Assembly: GCA_964019335.1 (NCBI GenBank)
Contig: OZ025651.1
Location: forward strand, 868,001 to 932,000
Reading direction: 5' to 3'
DNA length: 64,000 nucleotides
Origin: Diplonema japonicum
Taxonomy: Eukaryota; Protista; Euglenozoa: Diplonemea
In this document: positions 1 to 11,800 of the stretch, one piece after another
Position numbering within the stretch: position 1 is the first letter of the stretch
How the letters are laid out: the number at the start of each line of letters is the position of its first letter
Notes under the pieces: generated by a model
What the model was told of the DNA's origin: nothing
Seen by the model: only the letters and a program-made list of their open reading frames with translations
Database searches by the model: none
Program-made: the position numbers and the translations under genes

Positions 1-114
1 CCGCCAATATCCATCCCCACCGCTACCACGCAACAGCCTACCTGTTCCTTCAAGGAGTACCTGAACCTTGTTCTGCAAGATAAAGGGAAGGATCCCCCGT
101 TGCCGCCTTTGTGA
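1..114 (+). CDS. 3' end of an upstream gene (partial, hypothetical)
   Basis: Frame 1 is open from base 1 (PPISIPT...KEYLNLVLQDKGKDPPLPPL) to TGA 112-114, followed by homopolymer-rich spacer as after other genes. Confidence 0.55.
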   Translation, partial: PPISIPTATTQQPTCSFKEYLNLVLQDKGKDPPLPPL

Positions 115-469
115 CCGATTGTTTTTTGTTGTGTGTTTTTTTTTTCTTTTCTTTTTTTGGAAAAAAAAAAAAGAAAAAAGGAGGGGAAAAGATTCTTCCG
201 ATTCTTTTTTTTCGTTCCCCCACCAAATGACTGGGACAGGTTTTTGTTTCGTTCTTATTATTGTTTTGAAGGCCTGGTATTTCGGTTCCTCTCTCTCCAT
301 ATAGACAGAAGATCTTGTACCACCTGCATGCAACATCTCGTGCATCTCATCGAGGCTCGCTGTCATCGTTCTCTCATCGCTGTCGTCTGGGTGTTCCTCA
401 CAAAAGCTGTCATCCTTCGCCTGAGAAGGGAAGCCCCCTCTTACCGTCTTAATGATAAGCGATTTAAAA

Positions 470-558
470 GGAAGAGAAAAGAAAAAGGAAACGATGACGT
501 GTTAGCGCAGGACGCTGGAGGTGAACTGGTTTCAAAAAGGGTTGAGCACACGTTGTGA
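470..558 (+). pseudogene. Decayed duplicate of the 5' end of the downstream LRR gene
   Basis: atg-acgtgttagcgcaggacgctggagg resembles the gene start atggaggtgttcgtgcaggacgctggagg (925), with a similar A/G-rich leader. Confidence 0.45.
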
Positions 559-924
559 TTTTGTTGTTAGTTGACTTCACGTGCTATGGGGGGTCATGGG
601 TCATGGGTCATGGGGGTCATTTGAAAAATCTGAGGCTTCCTGATGCAAATGTCTAACGCTATATATGTCTAGCCAGTTTTTATGTCCATCGATCCGAGTC
701 CTTCGGAAGAACCACACAGTCGTAAATGGCTTTCAAAAAAAGGGGGTAACCGTCCAGTGGTTTTAAAAAGGAAAAGAAAAGAGAGATAAAAGTGACAAGT
801 TGTGCATGAGGTCTTATTCTTCTTCGACGCCTTCCCTTTTGCCGCGACGCTCTATTTGCACGTATGAAACAATGTCTTCTGCATCTCTTCAAAGAAGTCA
901 GAAGGGGAGGAAGAAAAGAAAAAG

Positions 925-2658
925 ATGGAGGTGTTCGTGCAGGACGCTGGAGGCAAACGGCACTTGCTGGTGTTGCAGGAGCGGGACACTGTTGCAGAGG
1001 TGACAAGAGAAGTGGAGAGGGTGCTGGGGCACGTGAAGGGGTGCACGGAGCTGAAGTACGAGGGAGTGGTGGTGGTGGATATGGTGGGGAGCACGAACTC
1101 CTTCTCTGGGCTGACGGGTATCACTGCAGGAGACGACATCGAAGCTGTCTGCTCGAACGCAAAACTGAAGGCAAAACTCAAGTCAGGAGAGATCACTTTC
1201 TCTGCCTCTTCTCCTGCTTCAATGCGCTGCAGCCCTGAAATCGTCCTCCTCGCAATGGAGCGGGATGCCGACCTGCTCCGCCACGCCTCTCCCTCCCTGA
1301 GGGGAGACAGGGATTTCATGCTGTTTGCAGTGGCTGAGAGCGGTTTCGGGGTGTTGAAGCACGCAACAGGGGACTTTCTCACCGACCCCCACTTCATGAC
1401 CTCCGTAAGCCGGGATGAACGACACCTTGACATTCTGCTGCACTTTTCCAAAAAGATTGTAGAGATGGACTGGAAGGTGCTGTTGCTGGATGAAGCCACG
1501 AACAAGAAGCTTCTCCCGTCGGACCCTGATTTCTGTCGGAAGGCCACGATGCTGCAGCAGTATTCCGCTCTCCTGGAAGTCTCCGAGGCTCTGTGGTGTG
1601 AGTGCGAGGAAGGAGTTTGTTTGGCGGCCGCATCATCTCTCTTGACAACAAAAAAAGCAGAAGGGGAATCCTTGTCGGGTGTGGTTCCCATCCTCAGGAA
1701 ACTGCTAAAGAAGCACTCGGTGGAGATCTCCTTCAAACAAAACATGGGGGAGATTCTTGGGGCGTTCTTACTGGGAATGCAGGTGGAGGTGAAGCACGAC
1801 GAGCTCGGAAGGCTTGCATCGCTGACACTCCATTCGCCTTGCTTGGTGATTGACTTCACAGGAGCGTCCCATGTGGCGGTTAAGGAGGAGCACGTCTCTC
1901 TGATGTTGAACTTTCGACACGTGAGGCTGAAGGGCGTGGGGGCTGATATAACTGACTCCTTTCTGAGAGGACATCACGGCCTGATCCACTTGAACATCTC
2001 TCTTGTCTCCCCTGTTCATATAGGGAGCGGCTTCCTCCAAGGGAACAACAACCTGCGAACCGTTACCTTCACCGGACGGGGCTCTGTCACTAGCCTCGGG
2101 GCGGAGGCTTTTCGAAACTGCAGTGTTCTTCGTGTAGTGGACTTGAGTTCCTTCGAAAATCTTACAGGAATCGGGAGTGACTTCTTGTCAGGGTGCAGCA
2201 GCCTTCAATCCGTATATTTGAGTCCTTTGAATAGTTTGACGGCAATCAGGAATGGGTTCTTATCCTTTTGCACAAGCTTGCGATCCGTGGATTTGAATCC
2301 TCTGAAGAATGTGACGGCAATCGGGGATCACTTCATGTCCTGTTGTGAAGGTCTTGAAACTGTCGATTTGAGTCCTTTGAAGAACGTGGTGACCATCGGG
2401 GACTGCTTCTTGTCCGGGTGCTTGAAACTTGAATCTATCGATTTGAATCCGTTGAAGAGTGCGATGAGTGCCGGGAGCGACTTCATGTCCTTTTGTTTAA
2501 ACCTTCGATCTGTGGATGTAAGTTCTTTGAAGGGCGTGGCGATCGGGGGTAACTTATTGCTTTCTTGTCCTGGTGCAGAGACCTTCAGATCATCGATGCC
2601 CGTGTCCCTAGAAGAACCTGAAGAAGAATATGGGAAAGGGTTTGTGGCAGGCTTATAA
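925..2658 (+). CDS. Ubiquitin-like + DUF4116 + BspA-type leucine-rich repeat protein
   Basis: N-terminal MEVFVQDAGGKRHLLVLQERDTV (Ubl-like); EIVLLAMERDADLLRHASPSLRGDRDFM (DUF4116-like); repeated LxxVDLSPLxNVTxIGxxFLSxC LRRs. Confidence 0.85.
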   Translation: MEVFVQDAGGKRHLLVLQERDTVAEVTREVERVLGHVKGCTELKYEGVVVVDMVGSTNSFSGLTGITAGDDIEAVCSNAKLKAKLKSGEITFSASSPASMRCSPEIVLLAMERDADLLRHASPSLRGDRDFMLFAVAESGFGVLKHATGDFLTDPHFMTSVSRDERHLDILLHFSKKIVEMDWKVLLLDEATNKKLLPSDPDFCRKATMLQQYSALLEVSEALWCECEEGVCLAAASSLLTTKKAEGESLSGVVPILRKLLKKHSVEISFKQNMGEILGAFLLGMQVEVKHDELGRLASLTLHSPCLVIDFTGASHVAVKEEHVSLMLNFRHVRLKGVGADITDSFLRGHHGLIHLNISLVSPVHIGSGFLQGNNNLRTVTFTGRGSVTSLGAEAFRNCSVLRVVDLSSFENLTGIGSDFLSGCSSLQSVYLSPLNSLTAIRNGFLSFCTSLRSVDLNPLKNVTAIGDHFMSCCEGLETVDLSPLKNVVTIGDCFLSGCLKLESIDLNPLKSAMSAGSDFMSFCLNLRSVDVSSLKGVAIGGNLLLSCPGAETFRSSMPVSLEEPEEEYGKGFVAGL

Positions 2659-2804
2659 TAACCTGTATTTGGTGGTTTTCAAAGGAGACCCCCCAGAAGA
2701 ACAAGAGCTATCTTAAGCCCTTCCCTCCTTTTTCTTTTCCATTTCTTTCCATGTTTAAAAAAACCAAAAAAATGAAACCAAAGAGAAAAATTAAACAAAG
2801 GGGA

Positions 2805-5800
2805 ATGGGGGAAAGGATGGACGATACATGTCACGGATGCAAGCATATATTCTCTCTACTTGAAGGGAAGAACCACTGCGGCATGTGCCCCGGGGTGTTT
2901 TGTGGGAAGTGTTTTACAGAAGGAGTTTGCGAGTTATGTAAAGAGGGGATTAAAGAGGAAGACGACTGGCTGGCTGAAATTGTGGGAGGGATGGGGTACA
3001 GCAAAGCGGTGGGAAAAGTGAGGGGAGGGTTCTCGCTTGTGCACCAGCCCCTGTGCTTGGATCTCTTCGGACAGGACTTGCTCCCAGCAAACCAGTGCCA
3101 CGAGGAGTTCTTACCGAACTTCATCACGAACGTCGCCGCCCAGCCTTGTGACACCTCTGACAAATTGTACTTGTCCAATTATGTAACCCCGACGTTTTCT
3201 GTGGTACACCGTGTGTTCCACACGTTGGCTAATTTTCAGCGTTCATTCGCCTCTAACCCGTGCGGCGATCTTCCAAAGATCGACCGTGTTCTTAGCCTTG
3301 CCAAAGGTTACGTCGAGCGTCTGCTTGACGCAGTTCTGCACACCACTGGGAAGGAAACTACCGTGGAGTATTTGAAGGAGAAAATCACAAAAACGAAAAA
3401 AAAAGCAGTAGACCAGTCGATCAGGTCTGCCCTAGAGCACCTGCATCAAGGCGTGACGTCATTGAAGCAAGGCGACGCCGCCATGGTGCCGGTTTTTTGG
3501 AGGAAGAAACGTGCAACTCTTGACGACCCCCACGACGATGGGCACATGGTGTACCTTTTACTACACAAGGCGACCCCTGATGCTTTTCAGGTCGCGGTTG
3601 TAAACATGTCCAAAGGCACAGACCTGTACCATCCTTGCACGGTCGACAACGAGGGACGTACTGCATACAGGATGCCGCTTGTCCCTCCGCAGCTTGTTAA
3701 AGGGTCGGCCATTACCCCTGCTTGGCTGTGGCACTGTACGTTGCTGCCCCTCCTCCGGCCGTCTTTTGCGGAGTTCGGTCCCAAGTATATTTACGAATAT
3801 CTCGTCCCGTCGATGTCGCGTACGCACCCGCACCATCGTCATGATAGCACGGATGGTGGGCATGCTTGGTGGCAGAGGTTGCCCCTGGGCGGTGATCACT
3901 CCTTTGCGCTGTCAACAGTTGCGGCGCTTCGATGGATTGTTGGTGTGTCGGTTGAAGGTGGTAAAGAGCGTGCCTGTGAAATAGAAGCTACGGTGCGACT
4001 TTCGATTTTGGAATCGATTGCCAACGGGAAGATTGAGACGCTTTCGGAGATCTCCGCCGTTAGAAAAGCCTGTCAAGCCACAGCACGCGCGGTTTCTGGG
4101 TGTCCCGCCGCCTCGTGTAACTTGCAGCTCGACGCCGTGTTGTCCCAGCTGGAGTCCATTGAAACTTCGTGTTCGGTTACAGCGGCCGCGATGGCAGCCA
4201 AACCACTGCCGCCGCAGATTTATGGTTTGGAAGAAGATTGTGTGGACCCTCAGTCATGCTTCCACCCGATGACCCTCACACCGCACGTGGAGACAGAAGC
4301 GGACAAGACCGAACACCCAAACATGTTGCTGCCCACCAACACTGTCAGGATAGCTGAGGACGGTGTGAATAACCCTCTCGACTGTGTGATCGTCTTCAAG
4401 GACACGCTGGAGGCCGTCAATCTCTACTCAGCGCAGTACAAACAGATCGCGAACCACGCGCAGCTGAGTGTGATGCTCCTCCAACACGTCTTCCTCCGCG
4501 TGGTTCCCATGCCCAGCAGCAGCGGGACGTGCTTCTGGAAGGACGCCGTGTTGCGGTACGACACACAGCAAACGCTCCTCATGCAGCTGCGTGCGTTGAT
4601 TACCAGCTTCGCTGCTGCATCCTTCTGCCTCAAAGGTCGCGAGCTTGACGGGACGAGGATCATCGTTACCAATGTGATGCTGATGCTGGTCGACATGCTG
4701 TGCAGGATTATACCCTCTGACTGTACGGCAGACAGGGTCCCCGTCTTCATACAGCACTACAGCGGGAACATGGAATGTCATCTTGGAGCGGGTGTCAAGG
4801 CACCTGTCTCAAAGTACGTGCTGTACACAGAAGAGCTCGCCGCAAAAACAGCAGGCACGCTGTTTTTTGCGCCGGAACAAGTTGCCGCACGCACCAGAGT
4901 GCTTGATTATTGGACCGAAATTTCAAAAGATGTCTCTGCTGACCACGTGCTGCTGGAGCTGAAGGACATGCGCGTCACAAAAGCAGACGAGGGGTTCGTG
5001 ACGCAGCTGTCCCTTGCATGCGGGAGGGGAGCGTCTCCAAGAGTAGCCGCTGCGCTCAGCGGGAAGGACCACTGGCTGACGGGGAACTGTCCGGAGATGG
5101 TGACGCTCCGTGACGCGGCCTTCCTCGTGGCAATAATGACGTCCGACGTTGCAGAGTACCTCCCAGAGAAAGGAAAGGCTGCTAAGTCATACATCACGGC
5201 AGGCACGGGGCTGGTGTGGAGGCTTGACAGGGACGGTACGTTGCAAGTGAGGGGGTTTGGTGAAGACCTTTCCAAGTGCAGGGCAGCACAAAGAGCGACA
5301 AACCAGGCTACGAAAAAGTGTGGCACATCGCACGCCAGCCCCGCTGCGCTGACGAGCAGCAACATCAAAACCGAAGAAGACGTCCTTCACGTGGAGCACC
5401 TCCCCAACTTCAACGGCGTGCTCGGTGCGAGGTGCAGTGAGGAGCTACTGTCCTTCCTCACCGCGCCGAATTTGCGCATCGTTCTGCTGCTGCCTTGGTT
5501 CTGCGAGAGCGAACGGCTGAAATGTCTGGCGGAAGAAAAGCTGCAGCAGGTCCTAGACGCGGCGCTTTTTGAACCAGGAGACTGGTCTATGGGAGAATTC
5601 AATACACCAGAGTTAATTCCAGCTCCGGAGAGGGACCACCTCTACACACCTGTAGGGCTCCTCTTTGACGAGCTGTGCAAATCGCCACGGAAATCACTTG
5701 CCGCGTGCCATAAGCTGCTGGTTCTTGCACAGAATCTGTGCACGGGTAGGTATAACGGCGTACCAGCGGAGATTATTTTGTACGTGGTGCGTCTTGTGTG

Positions 5801-8800
5801 CAGGGTTCTGAGGTACGTCCGTTACCTGGTGCAGTCGTTGAAAGAAGAGGAAAAGACAGGTGTGCAGAGGATAAGAGGCCTGCGGGAGAAGGATCTGGCA
5901 TCGGGTGTCGACAGGGAGCTGTTGGAAACATACATGATGCAGCTCGACAATGAGTTGAAGGTGAACTGCTTCGCAAGGCTGAAGAGATGGGCAGGGGTGG
6001 CGGAGGATAGTAACATGGTGGCGAAAGCGTGCAAGATCCATGCGCACATCGCTTTGATCTTCAATCATTGCGACACAGAAGACTTCTTGGCAAAGCCGGA
6101 AGCAGGGCCGGCAATAATGTACGCTCAACTGTACATCACAACGCATCATTCGTGGAAGCACACGTTGGGGGTGTCGGACGTGGAACTTGCAGATACCTTT
6201 GAGAAGCTGCGAAGGCCACTGTACCGCGCGCTGAAGTCCGACAAAACTCTTTGTGCCAGGGTGTTGGAAGCGGGGAAGTGGGCTGTCACATCCTCGCGCC
6301 CTGCTGACGACGCGGAAATCTCGTACGAAAAAACAATTTGGCGGGAGGCCCCAACCGTCGGCGGTGTGTTCCTGGACGCGTGTAACGAGACTGATCTCGA
6401 TATGACGAAGCCGAGGTACCAAGAATCTTATTACGAATGGCTGCACCGCACGCATTCAACATCTGACCACCTGTACATCAACCTCAACAACGGGACGTGT
6501 TCTCAACAGAAGAACGATGTGGGTGCTGTTCCAGAGGAGATCGCTGCTGACTGTGACTTCAAGGAGCTCTTCGGAACGACCCGCCTGCGGTGCGCGTCGT
6601 TGGGGTCAGCGCATAGACTGACTAAGTACAGACTTCTCGGAACCCGCACCGGAACGGACTACGATGTACACTTCTGGAGCAAGTCACCGGATGAACCCAG
6701 CCGCAGAGATTGGCAAAAAGCTTTAGAAGCCTTTGGATGGTCAGAGACACACACCGCCTTGAAAAATGGACCTTTGTGGATTGCGAGACGTGTTGAAGAA
6801 GAGGCATCTGTTTGGGGTTTATTGAACAGGGTTCTGAACGCAGACCTGAAGATTATGAAAGCGGACGAAGAAGCACAGATTTGCAGTCTCGGGGGTGGCT
6901 TAGAAGGGAAATACCCCATCATCGTTGAGGTGAAGACCAACCCGCCGCTTATCCATGTCTATGAAGTGGTGTCCTGCGGGAGGAAGTACTTCAAACGCCA
7001 GGTGTTCACCACAGACGCGTCATTCTCCCACTACACACCTCAAGCATCGTTTCGAAGCTACTACTGGTACCAGAATGAATGGACGCTGTCGGCGGGGTCT
7101 CTAGACAGCCTTGAGACCCCAGGTGCTTATTCTTCGGTGCAGATCCTCAACGTCACCAGCCAGCTATTGTTCATACCGTCTCGTTTGTTGCGGGGGACCC
7201 TTCCGGACGCGATTTTACAACAGTATCAGTTCTGGCAGAGTTTGGACGAAAAGGGCGGGCTGGTTGGCCATCCTTTGGGCAAGGACGACGACACGACGAT
7301 TGCCGTCTCGCTTGGGGACGGCGTCTCTCCATGGTGCATCGTGACACGCACACATAAAGACGGCGAGAAATTCCGTTTAATGGACGTTGTGAAGAACAAC
7401 AGGCAGCTCGGAAACGATCTGGCTAGGGTTTTCTCCAGGCTGGAGGATTTGTCACATGTCCTGCTGTGGTGCGATGAATACGGAGCGTTGGCTAAGGTAG
7501 AGCTGCCGAGACTGGCTCTGAGCTTCACCTTCACAAACGGAAGGCTTGGATGCGACCAGCACATGGGATACACACTGTTCAATAGTGCAACATATAGCAC
7601 GAGCATGAAACAGCTTTTGGAACAGTTTGGAGGTGGGACGGTTGTTCTGCAGAAGGAAAACGGCGAGCTTGCCGTCGTTACGTCGAGGATCACGTCGCCG
7701 TTGAGACCGTCGTTGGCAACGCTGCCCAGAGACACACCTGTATCATGGGTTGAGAGGAGGATGCCGGCACAGCTGCTGTTCTCCCGTTCGGCGCCTGAAA
7801 TATTGGATGTTGTGACCACGGGTGCTAAGCATCATTTCTACCCTGTTCACCACTCCGAGCTGTATTTAAAACCGTCTTCGGTTGCAGGGATGCTCTACCT
7901 GATGCTGTGCCTGACCCTGAAAAGAGAATATGTCAAGGTAGCGGAGCTCGGCAGACGCTTGGGTGAGGCGAAGTACAGCGAAGAACTGAACCTCCTCCGC
8001 CTCGTAATCACTGCGTTGGGCGAAGACACCCACGCACCTGACGCTGTTGCCTGCAGGCTGCACATGATGTCGTCGATAGGCGCATTGGGGAACCCGGAGG
8101 CATTTGCGAGGTCGGAGTGGATGGCTGAAGACGATGTGAAGAAATATGTCGAACGCCAGCTATTTGTGTCGCCTCAGCTCAGGTTGTCGCGGGAGAAAGA
8201 GCTTGAGATACTGCCCGATGGGTCAAACAGAAAAGCCGTGCTTCTCGGGAAACCGACCCGGCCCCCTACAACCCCAGCTACCGTTTCTACTGACTTCTAC
8301 GATTGCTTGCCGCCCGCATTCCCGTCGAAACCACCCAACTTCAACTTCACCCAGTACACTCCTGTACGGAAGAATCCTGCTGATTATTTCGACGATGTGT
8401 TAGACATCGGTCCGCTGACGCTGTATGAAATGATAACAGGTAATGAGAGAATTCTCGGGTCGCTGCTTGTTCGATTGCAGTTTTTCTTCGGAAGCGGGTG
8501 TCCGTGGCTTGCCAGTCTCGAGCGGTGCCTGTATTGGAACCATATGCTGGTGGACAAGCTTCCCGTACTCCCCTCGGTGGGGTCGGAAGCCGTGTTGATC
8601 GCCACGCGGAAAACATTTATCGCAAACACCACAAAAGTGGCGATCCCCGTACCCGACAGTGACGCGTCGATGAGGACGGGGGGGTTCGCGCGTGACACGG
8701 CTGCATCGAACAAGTACTCACCATGCGAACCTCGTGTTTACGAGGACAAGAAAAAACCCAGCGAATGGAAGAGTCACATGTGGGTTCCAAAGTGCGACAT

Positions 8801-11800
8801 CGACGAGGTGCGGCTTGGGGACGACATTGAGCATCCGATGAAGGACTTCGCAGCATTCGTGAGTCAAAGCTGCGAATCAACAAAAGATCAAGCAAATCTG
8901 ATCGCCCTGGCCGGAGAAATAGGGCAGACCAGCGGATCGGACAAAATCGTCGAATCAATCAACCAATTCAGGTTCTCGCAGATGAACAAGACGACCCCCA
9001 GGCTTAAAACGTTCACACGCAGCGGTTTAAAGCAACTCAAAGAAGCCTTGAAGACGACACGGGACAGGGATTCAAGTAAATGCCACGCCTTAGGAATCGA
9101 GATCCTCGAAGTCTTGAACAACCCGGCAGACAGAACGAAGCGGGTAAGCGGGGAGCTCCCCGAATACAGCATCATGGACGCAGTGCAGGACTTGCTTTCA
9201 ACAGAGATCAACATCGAAGGGCTTTGTTCGGCAAGCATTGCGACATGGTTGCACCTTCAAAACAAGGTCGGGTTCCTGAATAGTTGTATCGCAACCATGT
9301 CGTCTGTAGAAGAGTGTCTCGGGACTGATTCAGAGGCTTCAATGGGGTTAGACCTTGCCAAACGCCTCACTGCGCAAAGATGGCATGTTAAAGAGGGTGG
9401 GTCCATCGCAAACCCAAGATATTTGGCTTTTGAATACATGTCGGGGATCTTATTGAGGAAAGCCCAGGTCGGTCTTCTCGATGCGCTGTCAGCAAAGCCC
9501 AGTGCCCCGTCAGTCCGCCAGCTCATCATGGGGCAGGGGAAGACGACGGTGGTGACCCCGCTCCTTGCAGCGTCAATGTCCGACGGCGAGACGGTCGTGT
9601 TGGTTTGCATGCCGAAAAGCTTGCTGGAATTCTCGAAGACAACCTTATTGGGTGTTTTATCCACCCCGATCTTCCCCAGGCCTGTTGTGAGCATCGAATT
9701 CGGAAGGGCGTCGAAGATCTCTGAACAACTCGTCTTCAAGGTACGGTCGGCGATGGCGGCAAAGGCCGCAGTCCTTGTGACGCCTGCCTCACTGAAGTCG
9801 ATCCTGTTGAAATACATATTAGCGTTCGAGAGGCTGAACACGGACGCGAGGATCATTGCAGATGAGAAAATGCATGATAATGCACAACCTTATATAAGCA
9901 AGTTAGGGAAGTTCCTATCGACGAAGCTCTTTGGAAACCAAGCAGCGGGGCTTCCCGCACAACAACATGCTGGTATACACGATGAGATACTCTGCGGGAA
10001 AGATCTGTTGAGCGTGCTGCAACACAACACATCACTGATCATGGATGAGGTGGACGTGGTCCTGCATCCTTTGCGGTCGGAGCTGAACTGGCCCCTTGGG
10101 GACAAGTTCCCAATCAACATGACCCGGTTGACCCACACCGAGGAGAACAAGATGCAACACATCAGGATCGGGATGCCGTGGTTCCTCTTCGAAATCGTCT
10201 TTTCTTACGATTCCGACCGCCACAACGACCTTGCGGAAGACTACCAAGCACTGCCTTCCTTGCACGAACTGATTAAGGCGGGGTTTGAAAACCACAAGCT
10301 GCAGGAAAAGCCGCACCTTGTCATCTTGGATAAGCAGTACTACACGGAGATCCTCCGGCCTGCAATCTGCGGTCTTTTGATAAGCAAATTGCAGCGGGAT
10401 CAGGTCAGGGGTTTCTCTGCACCCAACTTGCAACAGTACTTCTTGAAGGGCGTTGCTCCTGTCATCAGCGGGAGTGTATCGGATCATGACATCAAAGCGG
10501 TGAGGCTCGCGAGGGATTGGTTGAACGTGTACCTCCCGCACTGTTTGTCGAAGGTGCACCGTGTGGAGTTTGGTGTCCTCTCCAAAGAGGAGGTGAAGAG
10601 ATTTTCACTGGCCGAACCCGATATGCCGAAAAGCAGAGAGTTGCTGGCGGTGCCGTTCATTGGGAAGGACACACCAAGCGCAACGTCGGAGTTCCAGCAC
10701 CCCGACGTCGCGATCGGTCTGACCATACATTCCATGATTCAGAAGGGTCTGCACCAAGCTAATGTTGTCGCTGTCCTTCAAAAGATCAGAGCAACCTACG
10801 ACGCAGACGAGAAGCAACCTGCGCAGGAGCGTGACGCGGCTCTGCGCTACGTCACGTGGCTGATCCATGAAGGTGTCCAAGTGATGGGTTACTCCAAAGA
10901 TGGAAAGTACCTCAAGGGTGTTTCGGAAATACGAGATGCTGCTTCCGTGTGGCAGCTTGGCGTGGTGGATCCTTCGGATTCCTACCAAACAAGGGTTTTG
11001 ACGGAGATTCTTTCGAAATCGCGGGGTGCTATTCAATGCTTCCTCTTTGAATGCGTGTTTCCCTTGTGCATGATGAAGACGGCAACGCAGCTCTCCGCGT
11101 CCGGGCAAGAACTATCGAGTTCGTTGCTGTCGTCGCACCGATGCGGGTTCACAGGGACGCCGAACGACCTACTCCCGACAGAGATGGGTGAGTGTCATTA
11201 TTCGAAAGCGGACGACGGGGAGATGATCGCTACCTTAGCAAACCCCTCGACAGTAGAAATTACCGCAACCTCACGAAACCCTGATAAGATCCTCGGAAGA
11301 ATCGCCAAGGAAAGCCCGGCGGCACTGATCGACAGCGGGGCACTCATCACAGGATTTTCGAGTAGAGGTGTTGCAGTAAAGCTCTTCGAGCTCGGTATCA
11401 ACAAGAAGGGAATCGTGTATGTTGACACCGAAGACAGACGCCTTGTCCTTCTCCGCTCCGGCGGTGGTTACAAAGATGTTCCCTTTGAGCAGGCCGGGAT
11501 CGAACCGCAGCAACGCTTCACCTTCTTCGACCACGTGCACACCACAGGGATGGACATCCCACAGCATACCAAGAGCAAAGCTTTCTTAACAGTCTCGCAG
11601 AACATGAACTACCGCGATTATGTCCAGGGCGCCTACCGCATGCGAGGTATCGGGAACGGACAGTGCCTCGACGTGTTGGTTCCGCATGACGTGCTTCATA
11701 TGGTGCCGAAGGGTCTGAGCACTCCACAGCTCAACCTTTTGAACTGGTTGGTGACGGAGGAGGTGCGTGGTGCTACTTCGCAGAAACAGATTCTCAGCAA

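Noticed and set aside
588-620. (GGGTCAT)n micro-repeat with G-quadruplex or telomere-like appearance
   Set aside because: Only four units, not TTAGGG, and G-runs are common throughout the spacers
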